Program-made: the position numbers and the translations under genes
Notes under the pieces: model-generated
What the model saw: the letters and a program-made list of their open reading frames with translations, nothing else
Told to the model about the DNA's origin: nothing
Database searches by the model: none
Assembly: GCA_046570105.1 (NCBI GenBank)
Contig: JBKHVI010000005.1
Location: 1 to 64,000 of the forward strand
Direction of reading: 5' to 3'
Source of the DNA: Bacteriovoracia bacterium
GTDB taxonomy: Bacteria; Bdellovibrionota; Bacteriovoracia; Bacteriovoracales; Bacteriovoracaceae
DNA: 64,000 nucleotides
Shown: positions 52,913-64,000 of the stretch, piece by piece
Numbering within the stretch: the first letter of the stretch is position 1
Layout: the number at the start of each line of letters is the position of its first letter

Positions 52913-53443
52913 TTGAGCGATTCAAACGAAAACAAAGACAAAGACGCTGCGACTGAAGAGGCTCAGGCGAGTGCTCCAGAAGTGGAAGTATTAGAGGCGA
53001 AGAAAGAAGAAATCGACTGGAAGTCGAAGTACTACTACCTCGCAGCTGAAATGGAAAATGGCCGCAAACGTTTTGAGCGTGAAAAAGAGAATCTTCTCAA
53101 GTATGGCGCTGACAAGATTTTGGGCGATCTTCTTGATGTCGTTGATAATTTTGAGCGCACGGTAGATATGCTCAAATTTGATGAAGACCAAAAGATGAAA
53201 AATGTCGTCGTTGGTCTTGAGATGGTTCGCAAGCTTTTCCTCGATAACTTGGGCAAACACGGTTTGACTCAACTTGAGAGCTTAGGCAAAGACTTCGATC
53301 CGAATTTCCATGAGGCCATGGGCCAGGAATATAGCGAAGGGAAGCGTCCGAACGAGATCCTTAAAGAATTTCAAAAAGGTTACGTCCTGAATGGTCGCCT
53401 CCTACGAGCGGCTCGAGTGGTTGTAGCTAACGATAAACAGTAA
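52913..53443 (+). CDS. grpE: Nucleotide exchange factor GrpE
   Basis: [36 protein letters not shown] before TTG 52913. Confidence 0.96.
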   Translation: MSDSNENKDKDAATEEAQASAPEVEVLEAKKEEIDWKSKYYYLAAEMENGRKRFEREKENLLKYGADKILGDLLDVVDNFERTVDMLKFDEDQKMKNVVVGLEMVRKLFLDNLGKHGLTQLESLGKDFDPNFHEAMGQEYSEGKRPNEILKEFQKGYVLNGRLLRAARVVVANDKQ

Positions 53444-53463
53444 AGAATAACAGGAGAATATAT

Positions 53464-55368
53464 ATGGGAAAAATTATTGGTATCGACTTGGGAACAACCA
53501 ACTCGTGTGTCGCTGTAATGGAAAACGGTGCTTACAAAATCGTTCCAAACAGTGAAGGTCATAACACCACTCCTTCAATCATCGGTTTCTCTAGTAATGG
53601 AGAAAACTTGGTTGGCCAAGTGGCAAAACGCCAAGCTGTCACAAACCCGGCTAAAACTTTATTTGGTATCAAGCGCCTTATTGGTCGCAAAGCTACTGAT
53701 AAAGAAGTAACGAATTTTAAAAATGTCGCTCCATTCGAAATCTTCGCTAACAAAAATGGCGATGCTTGGGTGAAAGTGGATGGCAAAGAATTCTCTGCTC
53801 AAGAAATCTCGGCCAAGGTGCTTGAGAAAATGAAGAAAGCGGCTGAGGATTATCTCGGTCAACCAGTGACTGAAGCAGTCATCACGGTTCCAGCTTACTT
53901 TAACGATGCTCAACGCCAAGCTACTAAAGATGCCGGTCGTATTGCGGGTCTTGATGTAAAACGTATCATCAACGAGCCAACAGCAGCAGCTCTCGCTTAC
54001 GGTCTTGATACCAAAAAAGACAAAAACGTCGCGGTCTTTGACTTGGGCGGCGGTACTTTCGACGTATCAATTCTTGAGATCACCACTGATGGTGTTTTCG
54101 AAGTGAAATCAACTCACGGAGATACTTTCTTGGGTGGTGAAGACTTCGATTACCGTATCATTAACTGGCTCGCAGAAGAGTTCAAAAAAGAGACGGGCAT
54201 CGATCTTAAAAATGACAAGATGGCGCTTCAGCGCTTGAAAGAAGCAGCTGAAAAAGCCAAGCACGAACTCTCAAGTGTGACTCAAACAGATGTGAACCTT
54301 CCATTCATTACAATGGATGCGACAGGTCCAAAACACTTGAATATGAATCTTTCTCGCGCCAAGTATGAGTCTCTCATCGGCGACTTGATTGATCGTTTGG
54401 TTGAGCCATGCCGTATTGCGATTAAGGATTCTGGTCTCACTTTGAACGAGATCCACGAAGTGATCTTGGTAGGTGGTGCAACTCGTACTCCGATCGTTCA
54501 AGCGAAAGTAAAAGAGATCTTCGGCAAAGAGCCTTCTAAAGGTGTTAACCCAGATGAAGTTGTTGCTGCCGGTGCTGCGATTCAAGGTGGCGTACTTGCT
54601 GGCGACGTGAAAGATGTTCTCCTTTTGGATGTAACTCCCTTGTCACTTGGTATCGAGACATTGGGTGGTGTTTTCACGAAAATCATCGAGAAGAACACAA
54701 CGATTCCTTCTAAAAAGAGCCAAGTGTTCTCGACTGCCGCTGACAATCAGCCAGCTGTGAGCATCCATGTTCTTCAAGGTGAGCGTGAGTTCGCTAACGA
54801 TAACAAAACACTTGGTAAGTTTGATTTGACGGGTATTACCCCAGCTCCGCGTGGTGTTCCTCAAATCGAAGTTATCTTCGACATCGACGCGAACGGAATT
54901 GTGAATGTAAGCGCGGTTGATAAAGCGACAGGTAAATCACAAAACATCGTGATCACTTCGAACTCAGGATTGAGTGAAGCTGAAATCAAGCGCATGGTTG
55001 AAGAAGCTGAGAAGAATCGTGGTACTGACCAGAAACGCCGCGAGATCGTTGATGCTCGCAACAACCTCGACTCATTGGTGTTTGCTTCGGAGAAAGGCCT
55101 CAAAGATGCTGGCGATAAAGTTCCAGCTGATAAGAAAGCCGAAGTGGAAGCAGCGGTTGCTGAAGCGAAAACCAAGCTTACTTCTGAGAACTTGGATGAA
55201 ATCAAAGCCGCTACAGAGCGTTTACAGAATGTAGCTCATAGCTTGGCTCAGTTCATGTACCAAGGTCAGGGTGGAGCTCCAGGCGCAGAAGGCGCGCAAA
55301 CAGCTGACACGACAGATGAGAAGAAAGACGGCGATGATGTCGTCGATGCAGATTACAAAGAAGTTTAA
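53464..55368 (+). CDS. dnaK: Chaperone DnaK
   Basis: [25 protein letters not shown]. Confidence 0.99.
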   Translation: MGKIIGIDLGTTNSCVAVMENGAYKIVPNSEGHNTTPSIIGFSSNGENLVGQVAKRQAVTNPAKTLFGIKRLIGRKATDKEVTNFKNVAPFEIFANKNGDAWVKVDGKEFSAQEISAKVLEKMKKAAEDYLGQPVTEAVITVPAYFNDAQRQATKDAGRIAGLDVKRIINEPTAAALAYGLDTKKDKNVAVFDLGGGTFDVSILEITTDGVFEVKSTHGDTFLGGEDFDYRIINWLAEEFKKETGIDLKNDKMALQRLKEAAEKAKHELSSVTQTDVNLPFITMDATGPKHLNMNLSRAKYESLIGDLIDRLVEPCRIAIKDSGLTLNEIHEVILVGGATRTPIVQAKVKEIFGKEPSKGVNPDEVVAAGAAIQGGVLAGDVKDVLLLDVTPLSLGIETLGGVFTKIIEKNTTIPSKKSQVFSTAADNQPAVSIHVLQGEREFANDNKTLGKFDLTGITPAPRGVPQIEVIFDIDANGIVNVSAVDKATGKSQNIVITSNSGLSEAEIKRMVEEAEKNRGTDQKRREIVDARNNLDSLVFASEKGLKDAGDKVPADKKAEVEAAVAEAKTKLTSENLDEIKAATERLQNVAHSLAQFMYQGQGGAPGAEGAQTADTTDEKKDGDDVVDADYKEV

Positions 55369-55385
55369 TTTTTAGTACGTCAAAT

Positions 55386-55411
55386 GGGCCCCTCTTCGGA
55401 GGGGCTCTTTT
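55386..55411 (+). terminator. Terminator or stabilising hairpin between dnaK and dnaJ
   Basis: GGGCCCCTC-TTCG-GAGGGGCTC-TTTT. Confidence 0.8.
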
Positions 55412-55423
55412 GCATGGGGATAT

Positions 55424-56572
55424 ATGGCGGATAAGCGCGATTATTACGAAATCTTGGGTGTGAATAAGTCATCTTCGAAAGAAGAGATTAAAAAAGCTTA
55501 TCGCAAATTGGCGATGCAGTTTCACCCGGATCGTAATCCTGACAATAAAGAAGCCGAAGCAAAATTTAAAGAAGCTTCTGAAGCTGCTGAGGTTCTACTC
55601 GATGACCAAAAGAAGGCTCGCTATGATCAATTCGGTCATGCAGGCATGGGTCAAGGTGGAGGCCCTGGTGGATTTGGTGGTGGAGGATTTAGCGGAGACT
55701 TCGGTGATCTAGGAGACATTTTCGGCGATATCTTCGGCGAGATGATGGGTGGTGGTCGTCGTCGCGGCGGTGGTGGCGGAGGTCGCCGATCACGTGCGCA
55801 GATGGGCGAAGATCTTCAAGCTGAAATGGAAGTTACGTTTGAAGAAGCGGCCTTCGGAGTAGAAAAAGAAATTCTCATTCAAAAAGCGGCTACCTGTGGC
55901 GATTGTCATGGAACAGGAGCGAAGAAAGGTTCAAGTGCCACCACCTGTGACATGTGTCACGGTCATGGTGAAGTTCGTCGTCAGCAAGGTTTTTTTACCA
56001 TCGCTCAGACTTGTCCTAAGTGTCAGGGTGGGGGGCAGATGATCAAAGACCCCTGCGTAACTTGTCACGGTAAAGGACGAGTTCGTAAGAAAGAAACCTT
56101 AAGCGTAAAAGTACCTGCAGGAATTGATGAAGGTCAGCGCCTTAAACTTTCCAATCAAGGTGATAGTGGTGCACACGGTGGACCTGCGGGTGACTTGTAT
56201 GTTCTTATTCGTTTGAAAGAGCACGATTTTTTCACTCGTGATGGTTTTGATGTGATTTGTGAAGTGCCAGTTAGTTTTTCTCAAGCTGCTCTTGGTGCTG
56301 ATGTCGAAGTACCGACCTTGGGCGGTCGAGTTTCGATGAAAGTTCCCGCTGGAACGCAGTCCGGCAAAAAAATGCGACTAAAAAACAAGGGCATTGCAAA
56401 GTTGGGTGGATATGGGTTTGGAGATCAGATCATCTCGATTCACGTAGAAACACCAACTAAAATCACTGCTGAGCAACGTGAGCTTTTTGAGCGCCTTGCA
56501 GCGTTAGAAGAAAATCAATCCAATCCTATGACTAAGGGCTTCTTCGATAGAGTGAAAGACCTCTTTCAATAA
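55424..56572 (+). CDS. dnaJ: Chaperone DnaJ
   Basis: HPD, G/F region, four CxxCxGxG repeats. Confidence 0.99.
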   Translation: MADKRDYYEILGVNKSSSKEEIKKAYRKLAMQFHPDRNPDNKEAEAKFKEASEAAEVLLDDQKKARYDQFGHAGMGQGGGPGGFGGGGFSGDFGDLGDIFGDIFGEMMGGGRRRGGGGGGRRSRAQMGEDLQAEMEVTFEEAAFGVEKEILIQKAATCGDCHGTGAKKGSSATTCDMCHGHGEVRRQQGFFTIAQTCPKCQGGGQMIKDPCVTCHGKGRVRKKETLSVKVPAGIDEGQRLKLSNQGDSGAHGGPAGDLYVLIRLKEHDFFTRDGFDVICEVPVSFSQAALGADVEVPTLGGRVSMKVPAGTQSGKKMRLKNKGIAKLGGYGFGDQIISIHVETPTKITAEQRELFERLAALEENQSNPMTKGFFDRVKDLFQ

Positions 56573-56622
56573 TTCATAAGTGGGCGGTAAACTATTGCAC
56601 AAATGTTGCAGGAGTTCCGCCC

Positions 56623-58560
56623 ATGAAGTCATTACTTGCCCTCGTTAGTTTTATTCTCATTCTAAATGGTTGTACTACTCCTGCCCCGAAGGTTGTTGCT
56701 ACTCCGCAAGTGCGACCAGTCGTACAGCTCAAAATAGATCAGTCTCGCGAAGCTTTAGGTAAAGGCGAAAGTAAAATTGCTCTCACTCGTCTTGCGGAGC
56801 TATCTGACGATCAACTTGAGCCGATTGAAAAAGCAGTGAAGTATAATCTCAAGGGTGTCATCCATTTCTCCGATTCAGAATGGGAGAAATCATTAGCGAA
56901 TTTTGATATCGCCAAAAAATATGTACCAAATGATTCAACTCTTGAATCACAGATTTGGCTTAATATTGCGAGTGTACGTTTTAAGCAAGGCCTGTATTCA
57001 GAACTCAAAAGTGCCTTAGATGCGATAAATCCCAAAGCGCTCCCAGACAATGAAATTAAAAAGTATGCTCAGCTCAATTTGGCCTGGGCTGCTAAGTATC
57101 AACGGCATTATGAAATCGTAGAAACATCGGTTTTGTTATTAAAGGATGCCAAGTCTTTATCTGAAGTTTCCGATTCAATTTTGAAAGAGCGTTTGAACAT
57201 CTCCTTCAAAGAATTAAGCGATCGAGAGAAAATCCGTCTCTTGGAAAAGTATGAGAGTGAGAAGTGGCTTCCGCTCGCATATTTAGGTCAAATCGAAGCT
57301 GAATCACGCTACTTTAAAGGTGATACCAGTGGTGCACGCGATGTCGTCACTTGGCTCTCTGATCGCTTTAAAGAATTTCCTCAGGTCATGACTTTTGTAA
57401 ATGATTTCGAGCAACGTTTAGATAGCTCTACTCGTTTGTCTATGGATGGAATCGGAGTGATTTTGCCACTGACAGGGGATAAGGGGAGCTTTGGTCAAAA
57501 GACTCTCATGGGTCTAGATATTGCACTCAAGGGTACCGGCAGAGATATTGAAATTCATACCAAAGACTCCTTTGATTCGCCTTCTGTTGGAGCTCAAGCG
57601 GTCAGAGATCTTATTCAGCAACATCGTGTACCCTTGATTATTGGTGGTCTTTTCCCTGAGAGTGCCCGTGCGGAGTATTTAGAGGCAAAAAAATGGGGCG
57701 TTCTGTTCATCTCTCTCGCTCCCGTTCATATTCCACGCGATGAAAAAAATCATTTATTGATTGAGATTCAAGGTTCAATTGAGAGTCAGGTGGCTGCTCT
57801 TGTGACCAATGAAATGCTCTCGCGTTTTGGTAAACGTGTTGGAGTTATTTATCCACAAGGTGATGCCGGAAAGTCTTACGCTGACGAGTTTTGGCGTGCG
57901 GCCCTCACTTCTGGCATGCAAATTACTTCGATGGCGGCTTATCCCAAAGGCACACTCGATTTCAGAGAAACCATTAAACACTTCTTGGGACTTCGATTTC
58001 CGCGAGAGCGTTCGGAAGAGTTAGAAGTTTTCCGTGATACTTATGTCCACGAGCGCTCGAGTATTCGACGTATTCAAAATCTACCTCCGTCGATTGATTT
58101 CGACTGGGTCTTTATTGCTTCATATCCTAATGAGGCCCTTTCACTCGTTCCGACTTTTGGTTATTACGATGCCAAGAATCTAAAAGTTTTTGGTGGGCCG
58201 AGCTGGACATCTCGTTCTATGGTGCAAAAACAGAAAGAACTCGGTCGTCTCTATATGGTTGGGGAGGATCCAGGTAACACAAACCTCGAGCTTTCTAAAA
58301 AGTTTCAAGACACTTACGGAAAAGCTCCGACCTTGTTAGAAATGTTGGGCTTTGATGCTGCCTTACTGGCCGGCCAATTAATGAGCGATGCAGGCATATC
58401 TCAGCGTGCAGCTTTTGATGCTCGCATGAAAGAATTGGCAAAACTCAAAGGAGCTTCAACAGAGTGGGCCCTGACCGAAGGTCTGTGGATTAAAAAAATG
58501 CAGCCACTTGTTTTAAGAGATAACGAAGTTCGGCCTATCTTCGAAGGAGAGTTGCGCTAA
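56623..58560 (+). CDS. LpoA/LppC-like lipoprotein (TPR region + periplasmic-binding-protein fold)
   Basis: LNG-C lipobox, TPR-like helices, IGVILPLTG, IIGGL, GFDAA. Confidence 0.75.
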   Translation: MKSLLALVSFILILNGCTTPAPKVVATPQVRPVVQLKIDQSREALGKGESKIALTRLAELSDDQLEPIEKAVKYNLKGVIHFSDSEWEKSLANFDIAKKYVPNDSTLESQIWLNIASVRFKQGLYSELKSALDAINPKALPDNEIKKYAQLNLAWAAKYQRHYEIVETSVLLLKDAKSLSEVSDSILKERLNISFKELSDREKIRLLEKYESEKWLPLAYLGQIEAESRYFKGDTSGARDVVTWLSDRFKEFPQVMTFVNDFEQRLDSSTRLSMDGIGVILPLTGDKGSFGQKTLMGLDIALKGTGRDIEIHTKDSFDSPSVGAQAVRDLIQQHRVPLIIGGLFPESARAEYLEAKKWGVLFISLAPVHIPRDEKNHLLIEIQGSIESQVAALVTNEMLSRFGKRVGVIYPQGDAGKSYADEFWRAALTSGMQITSMAAYPKGTLDFRETIKHFLGLRFPRERSEELEVFRDTYVHERSSIRRIQNLPPSIDFDWVFIASYPNEALSLVPTFGYYDAKNLKVFGGPSWTSRSMVQKQKELGRLYMVGEDPGNTNLELSKKFQDTYGKAPTLLEMLGFDAALLAGQLMSDAGISQRAAFDARMKELAKLKGASTEWALTEGLWIKKMQPLVLRDNEVRPIFEGELR

Positions 58561-58562
58561 GC

Positions 58563-59126
58563 CTAGTTGGGATAGCGCAATGAGAAAAGATCTTCAAAGT
58601 TACGGCCAAAGTCTTCAAGATCAAGGCCGTAGCCCACGACGAAAGCGTCATCAAGTTTTTTACCAATTAGCTCTGCAGTGACCGGCACGGCCCTTTTATA
58701 GGGTTTGTCGAAAAGTGTCACAACGCCAATGGAGCGTGGCGACGCAAGTTGCAAACGCTTTTTGAGAAAACTCAGAGCGCGGCCAGTGTCGATAATTTCT
58801 TCGACAATCAAAACGTTTCGATCAATTAAATTCGTGGTGAGATCTTTTGAAAGAATGATGGTTCCAGCAGATTCTTTGCTACGCCCAACAGACTGAAGTT
58901 TAACGAAATCGACATAGACTCGAACACCTTGAATAGAGCGAACCAGATCGGCCATAAAGGTCATGCTGCCTTTAAGAACTCCCACTAGTACCAATTCTTG
59001 GCCGGCATATTTTTGCGAAATGGCGTGCCCCAATGTTTCCACAATAGTTTTGATCTCTTTGCGATCAACGTATTTTACGAATTGCGTGGAAGCAAAGCTC
59101 GATGGGAATTTGTCTTTTTCGTTCAT
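58563..59126 (-). CDS. hpt: Hypoxanthine phosphoribosyltransferase-like protein
   Basis: GVLKGS..FMADL, LIVEEIIDTG, FVVGYGLD. Confidence 0.85.
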   Translation of the reverse strand: MNEKDKFPSSFASTQFVKYVDRKEIKTIVETLGHAISQKYAGQELVLVGVLKGSMTFMADLVRSIQGVRVYVDFVKLQSVGRSKESAGTIILSKDLTTNLIDRNVLIVEEIIDTGRALSFLKKRLQLASPRSIGVVTLFDKPYKRAVPVTAELIGKKLDDAFVVGYGLDLEDFGRNFEDLFSLRYPN

Positions 59127-59288
59127 ATCAATCCTTGTTAATCGATCTATTCTAGCGAAGGACTTCAAGGCAGGCCATAAACCAGTGAGTTGAGCGTTTT
59201 AGTCGGAATAGAGGAAATCCTGACAAATTCTTGTAGTTAGAGGGGGTGAATGGTAAATTTTTTGGGATAAGGAAGTCACAATAACGCC

Positions 59289-60242
59289 ATGGCTACAAAG
59301 AAAAAAACACGCGCGAGTGCGGTGAAGAAGAAATCACCTGCTCCCAAGCGTATCAAAACTACCAGTAAGTCGACGCTCATGAGGCGTTTGTCTGAAAAAA
59401 CAAAAAAACCTAGCTTCAAGCTTACGCCGAGGCTACAAGCGATTCGCAATCGTCGCGTCTATGCCAACGTTGCCAAAAGAAAAATTGCGCTTGATATGCT
59501 TGAGCGTTACACCGGCCACGAGTTCACGGATTTTCAACCGCAGATTATTCTCACAAACTTTCATTATTATTTTGAACGTTTTCAGAAACTTCTTCCAGAT
59601 GCAGTCGCTACGAAAGGATCAGCATTTGCAGCTGCTTCGTCTCCATCAGCTCGTGTGACGATTGTTGAATTTGGTATTGGATCAGCAATGGCTGCTCTTG
59701 TGATGGAATTGTTGGCAGTTGTTGAGCCTCGCGCAGTACTTTTCCTTGGAATGTGCGGAGGAACTCGTAACGACTTGAAGGTAGGCGATTTCATTCTACC
59801 CATCGGCTCAATTCGAAGTGAGAGCGTTTCAGTTCATTTCATGCCGGCGCAAGTGCCCGCATTACCGACGTTCAAAATTCAAAAGTTCGCCAGCCAGGTA
59901 CTTGTTGAGCATGATCTTGATTATCGCACAGGTGTGGTACACTCAACTGACCTACGCTTCTGGGAATTCGACGATACTTTCAAAGAAACATTATACGAAG
60001 AGCGCGCCATCGCTGTGGAAATGGAAACGGCAGCTCTTTTTGTAACCGCATTCGCCAGTAAAGTGAGTGTGGGTGCGCTCTTGCTTGTAAGTGATATGCC
60101 ACTTCAGCGCGGTGGTATTAAGACGAAGAAAAGTGCTAACAGTGTATTTAGAAATTACACCGATCTACATATCGAGCTAGGTATTGAAATCATGGCGGAT
60201 ATCGCAGAACGGGGCGAAGCAATTAGACAATATAAGTGGTGA
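59289..60242 (+). CDS. amn: AMP nucleosidase (short type) with basic N-terminal extension
   Basis: [38 protein letters not shown]. Confidence 0.85.
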   Translation: MATKKKTRASAVKKKSPAPKRIKTTSKSTLMRRLSEKTKKPSFKLTPRLQAIRNRRVYANVAKRKIALDMLERYTGHEFTDFQPQIILTNFHYYFERFQKLLPDAVATKGSAFAAASSPSARVTIVEFGIGSAMAALVMELLAVVEPRAVLFLGMCGGTRNDLKVGDFILPIGSIRSESVSVHFMPAQVPALPTFKIQKFASQVLVEHDLDYRTGVVHSTDLRFWEFDDTFKETLYEERAIAVEMETAALFVTAFASKVSVGALLLVSDMPLQRGGIKTKKSANSVFRNYTDLHIELGIEIMADIAERGEAIRQYKW

Positions 60243-60258
60243 TAACCGAGGAATAACG

Positions 60259-61296
60259 ATGTTCAAGAAAGTTCTCGATTGGTTCTCAAATGATTTAGCA
60301 ATTGACCTTGGTACCGCCAACACTTTGGTATACGCCAAAGACCGTGGCATTATCGTCAATGAGCCTTCAGTAGTAGCAGTCCACCAAGGTTTCCGTGGTG
60401 AACAAAAAGTTCTCGCTGTAGGTAAAGAAGCCAAAGAAATGTTGGGTAGAACTCCAGGCTCAATCAAAGCCATTCGTCCAATGAAAGACGGTGTGATCGC
60501 TGACTTTGAAGTCACTCAAGCGATGCTTAAGTATTTCATCCAAAAAAGTTTGCACGGCTCAAAGCTAATTAAGCCACGTATTATCATCTGTATCCCATTC
60601 GGTATCACTCAAGTTGAGAAGCGCGCAGTGAAAGAATCGGCTGAACAGGCGGGAGCACGCGAAGTTTATTTGATTGAAGAACCTATGGCAGCTGCGATTG
60701 GTGCAGGTCTTCCGATTACTGATCCATCAGGCAATATGATTGTAGACATCGGTGGTGGTACAACAGAAGTGGCCGTGATTTCACTCGGCGGTATCGTTTA
60801 CTCTAAATCAGTGCGCGTGGCCGGTGATAAGTTTGATGAGGCCATCGTAAGTTATATCAAAAAGAAATATTCTCTTCTTATTGGTGAACGTACAGCCGAG
60901 ATGATTAAGATCTCAATCGGTAATGCTTATCCGTTTGATGATGAAGTTAAAACATACGAAGTAAAAGGCCGCGACTTGATTGCTGGCGCACCGAAAACAA
61001 TTGAAGTCACTTCAGATGAAATTCGTGAAGCATTAGCTGATCCTATTTCTGAAGTGATCGAAGCGATCAAAATCTCTCTGGAAAAAACTCCACCAGAACT
61101 CGCCGCTGATATCGTGGATAACGGTATTATTTTGGCCGGTGGTGGATCAATGCTCGCCAACCTCGATATTCTAATTAAAGAAAAGACAGGTCTTCCTGTT
61201 GCTCTTGCTGAAGATCCACTTACTTGCGTAGTTCGTGGTTGTGGAATGGCACTTGAGAGCATGAGCTTGTTACGTCAGGTAACAACGCTGACCTGA
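60259..61296 (+). CDS. mreB: Rod shape-determining protein MreB
   Basis: [42 protein letters not shown]. Confidence 0.98.
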   Translation: MFKKVLDWFSNDLAIDLGTANTLVYAKDRGIIVNEPSVVAVHQGFRGEQKVLAVGKEAKEMLGRTPGSIKAIRPMKDGVIADFEVTQAMLKYFIQKSLHGSKLIKPRIIICIPFGITQVEKRAVKESAEQAGAREVYLIEEPMAAAIGAGLPITDPSGNMIVDIGGGTTEVAVISLGGIVYSKSVRVAGDKFDEAIVSYIKKKYSLLIGERTAEMIKISIGNAYPFDDEVKTYEVKGRDLIAGAPKTIEVTSDEIREALADPISEVIEAIKISLEKTPPELAADIVDNGIILAGGGSMLANLDILIKEKTGLPVALAEDPLTCVVRGCGMALESMSLLRQVTTLT

Positions 61297-61316
61297 TAGA
61301 ATAGAGAAGGGATAGC

Positions 61317-62144
61317 ATGACGCTAGCGCCACAAACGAACTTCACGACTCTAACCGAAGCGGAGAAGAAGAGTAAATTGTGGCAGCTTGCGACTCATAAA
61401 GGTCAATGTACGCTCTGGCGACGCGGCCAAAAAGAGCGTTCAGTCTTTAGAATCAAAGAGTTTGATAAGGCCGAGGGTAAACTTGTCCTACATGTTGAGC
61501 CCGGCTCACCAAGCCTCGGCACAGATGTCTTAGGTAGCTTTGAGCTGAAGAATGTCGCTTTCTTTTTTAAATCTAAAATTATCGCCTCTACGACGAATAC
61601 CTTGGTGCTCGACACCTCTGGTGAATTTTATAAGTCAGAGCGCCGTCAGAATTATCGCTTACTCACTTATCCGATCTACGATATCAACGCGCACTTTGTT
61701 TTGCCGGAAGATTACCAAGGCGGCAAAGTGGTTGATATTCGCAATAAAAATAGCCAAACAGGATTATTTCGCAGCTTCTTAAAGCTCGTTGAGCCTGAAG
61801 GATCTGATCAGCTGGGTAATCGACTGAAGCTACGTGTGCAAGACTTGTCAGTAACAGGGCTCTCCATTCATATCGGTGAAATTGAGCTCCCGTTTTTCCG
61901 CACAGGTGAAGTTTTAAATGGATTAGAGATTGATGTAGCAGGAGAATCTTTGGAGATTCCTCAGACAAAAGTCGTCTATGTTGTCGATCAAATCGGTCAT
62001 TTTGAGACTCACCAGAAAAAATTTAAAGTGGGATTACGCTTTGAGAAGCTTCCCGAAGAGCTCGATTTACGTTTAGGCACTAAAATCAACGAACTCTTGC
62101 GTCAAGTTGATGCGAATAATGAATTTGAAGATTTTTTAAAATGA
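61317..62144 (+). CDS. PilZ-domain protein (YcgR-like architecture)
   Basis: ERRQNYR (RxxxR) and DLSVTG (DxSxxG) c-di-GMP motifs. Confidence 0.8.
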   Translation: MTLAPQTNFTTLTEAEKKSKLWQLATHKGQCTLWRRGQKERSVFRIKEFDKAEGKLVLHVEPGSPSLGTDVLGSFELKNVAFFFKSKIIASTTNTLVLDTSGEFYKSERRQNYRLLTYPIYDINAHFVLPEDYQGGKVVDIRNKNSQTGLFRSFLKLVEPEGSDQLGNRLKLRVQDLSVTGLSIHIGEIELPFFRTGEVLNGLEIDVAGESLEIPQTKVVYVVDQIGHFETHQKKFKVGLRFEKLPEELDLRLGTKINELLRQVDANNEFEDFLK

Positions 62145-62917
62145 AAACGGCAATGCTGGCCTTAATAGCTTTTGCCAGTTGTGCGAGTCATAAGCCTGAA
62201 CTCTCTCAATCTGTTGTTCGCAATAATGCTAAGACTTACTCCTACCGTGATGTAAGTGGCCAATTTGAATATGCTCGCGAGGTAAAGCTAGAGAAAGCTA
62301 AACTTGCCAGTAGAGTTCAAGTTATGGCGAGTGGAGAGCAAAAAGAAAAGCTCTTAGAAAAGACTTTCGCTATTTCTAGTATCGGTTCAGTAAAAACTCG
62401 CCGAGGAAGGGCCTTGGCCATTCGACCCGAGATTGCTCAGCATACAGTTTGGCTCGAAGGAAAAAGATATTTTAGTCAGATGAAAATGAACCTCAAGAAA
62501 AGAAAGCTTGAGGTCATCATGGAGAGCCCTGAGTCCAAGTGGAAAGGAACAAAAGAGCTGGCGCTACCGAAAGGGCGAATTTTCTGTTTTTATAGTCAAT
62601 TGCCTGAATGCTTGGTGGCGTCTGGTTTACTTGTAAGCACTCAGAATTCACGTAATCCCGTCTACTTTTATCTAATATGGGACTCATGGCCCTATCATCA
62701 AGAGCATTTCACAGGTTTGACGGCGTCTGCTTTTGTTAAAGCGAGTGTCTCACTTGAGCGAAAAGAGAAAAATGTTTTGCGTCATGTAGTTGAAGTGAAC
62801 GGACAAATAATGAACCTTCATTTTTCAAATGACGGTTCATTCATTAGAATGTTTTGGACGACCCAAGGTTTGAGCATCATTCCTCCGGGTGAAATACAAG
62901 AGTCTCAAGAACTTTAA
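62141..62917 (+). CDS. Hypothetical lipoprotein
   Basis: MKTAMLALIAFAS-C lipobox; beta-rich. Confidence 0.7.
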   Translation: MKTAMLALIAFASCASHKPELSQSVVRNNAKTYSYRDVSGQFEYAREVKLEKAKLASRVQVMASGEQKEKLLEKTFAISSIGSVKTRRGRALAIRPEIAQHTVWLEGKRYFSQMKMNLKKRKLEVIMESPESKWKGTKELALPKGRIFCFYSQLPECLVASGLLVSTQNSRNPVYFYLIWDSWPYHQEHFTGLTASAFVKASVSLERKEKNVLRHVVEVNGQIMNLHFSNDGSFIRMFWTTQGLSIIPPGEIQESQEL

Positions 62918-62926
62918 AGGATCGTT

Positions 62927-64000
62927 GTGGAAAATCCTGGTAGCCTCGTTATCACTGGCATTAAAGGCACCTCGCTATCAGCTGAGGAAAAAGAACTCAT
63001 TAAAGAAGAAAAATTGGGTGGTGTGATTCTATTTGCCCACAATTTCGAAACGCCTGCCCAGCTTGCGGAGTTGGTAAATTCGATTCAGTCATTGCGTGAT
63101 GAGTGGCCACTTTTCATTTCAGTTGATCATGAGGGTGGGAGAGTTATTCGATTCAAAAAAGGATTTACTCAGTTTCCACCGATGTACGAAATCGCCAGAA
63201 TGGATTCTCCAAAACTCACTTATGAAGTCCATGCGATTATGGCAAAGGAACTCTCGGCCTGCGGAATTAATCTAAGCTTTTCACCCGTGTGCGATATTTG
63301 GACAAATCCTGAAAACAAAGTCGTAGGAGATCGTTCATTCGGTCATGATATTGAATCAGTAGAAAAGCATGTCAGTGCCGCCATTCGAGGCTTGCAGACA
63401 AATGGCGTACTCGCTTGTGCCAAACACTTCCCGGGTCACGGTAATACACTCAAAGACAGTCACTATGATCTTCCTTTGATTAAAGAATCACTCGAAGAGC
63501 TTAAGGCGCGTGAGATACAACCTTTTATTCGTGCTTCAAAAAGTCGCGTTGAATTTATGATGATGGCGCATCTTTTGATTGATGCGATTGATCCGAAGAA
63601 TCCAACTACTGTTTCAGCTAAGGCCTATCAACTGCTTCGTGATGAAACGAAATTTACTAAGATTGTTGTGACTGATGATATGGAAATGAAAGCCATTGCT
63701 GATCGCCACTCAATTGAAGAAGCTGCTTTTTTGGCGATTGATGCAGGGGCAGATATGGTCCTATATCGCTTTCCGGAAGATGCAGCTAAAGCAGTGGCTT
63801 CTTTGCGAGATGCTTTGAAGACTAAGAAGCTCAAGAAAGAAAAATTTCTCGATAAATTAGCTCGGGTTGAAGCTTGTAAAAAAGAACATTTCAAAGAGTA
63901 CAAGCCGATCTATGTGCCTAAGATTACTTCAGCATTTAATACGCAAGATGCAAAAAAAGTGTTGGATATCTATCAAGCATTTTTGCAAGGAAAGCCGGTT
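62927..64000 (+). CDS. nagZ: Beta-N-acetylhexosaminidase (GH3), partial, runs off window
   Basis: Read by hand from GTG 62927: GGVILF, SVDHEGGRV, KHFPGHG, DSH, TDDMEM. Confidence 0.92.
   Translation, partial: MENPGSLVITGIKGTSLSAEEKELIKEEKLGGVILFAHNFETPAQLAELVNSIQSLRDEWPLFISVDHEGGRVIRFKKGFTQFPPMYEIARMDSPKLTYEVHAIMAKELSACGINLSFSPVCDIWTNPENKVVGDRSFGHDIESVEKHVSAAIRGLQTNGVLACAKHFPGHGNTLKDSHYDLPLIKESLEELKAREIQPFIRASKSRVEFMMMAHLLIDAIDPKNPTTVSAKAYQLLRDETKFTKIVVTDDMEMKAIADRHSIEEAAFLAIDAGADMVLYRFPEDAAKAVASLRDALKTKKLKKEKFLDKLARVEACKKEHFKEYKPIYVPKITSAFNTQDAKKVLDIYQAFLQGKPV

Noticed and set aside
58785..58815. Hpt PRPP motif VEEIIDTG instead of VEDIIDTG
   Set aside because: Conservative substitution; not enough to infer altered function
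63628..63903. 91-aa minus-strand ORF
   Set aside because: Antisense to the nagZ frame, which the track omitted because it has no stop in the window

Overview
Mostly core bacterial chromosome. Gene order and protein style suggest Bdellovibrionota, probably Bacteriovoracaceae-like (inference, no search run). 1-3.4 kb is accessory: an IS66 inserted into an IS256, which itself sits in the last codons of an SLT-domain gene, plus an AAA+/DUF4143-type ATPase with tandem operator palindromes. 3.6-36.8 kb holds proS, an RlmB-type methylase, tRNA-Thr/Tyr/Gly/Thr, tuf, tRNA-Trp, secE-nusG-rplKAJL-rpoBC, rpsL-rpsG-fusA and the S10-spc-alpha ribosomal superoperon. rpmG, rpsD, map and a second tuf are absent, and the EF-G has a divergent domain IV. 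36.8-43.3 kb encodes TlpA, a sigma-54 activator, a three-gene acyl-CoA carboxylase and a hypothetical protein. 43.3-49.0 kb is the best candidate for an undescribed system: a five-gene operon of exported proteins facing a divergent HTH regulator and a small exported Gly-tailed protein, with two TGAC-N9-GTCA palindromes between them. The 639-aa lead protein has a coiled-coil stalk and a Cys-flanked GGFW hairpin. The last gene looks like a stalk-only paralogue and the third possibly a head-only paralogue. 49-64 kb holds an M16 peptidase, hemW-grpE-dnaK-dnaJ (no hrcA, sigma-32-type promoter), an LpoA-like lipoprotein, hpt, AMP nucleosidase, mreB, a PilZ protein, a lipoprotein and a partial nagZ. 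All family calls are by eye from motifs.
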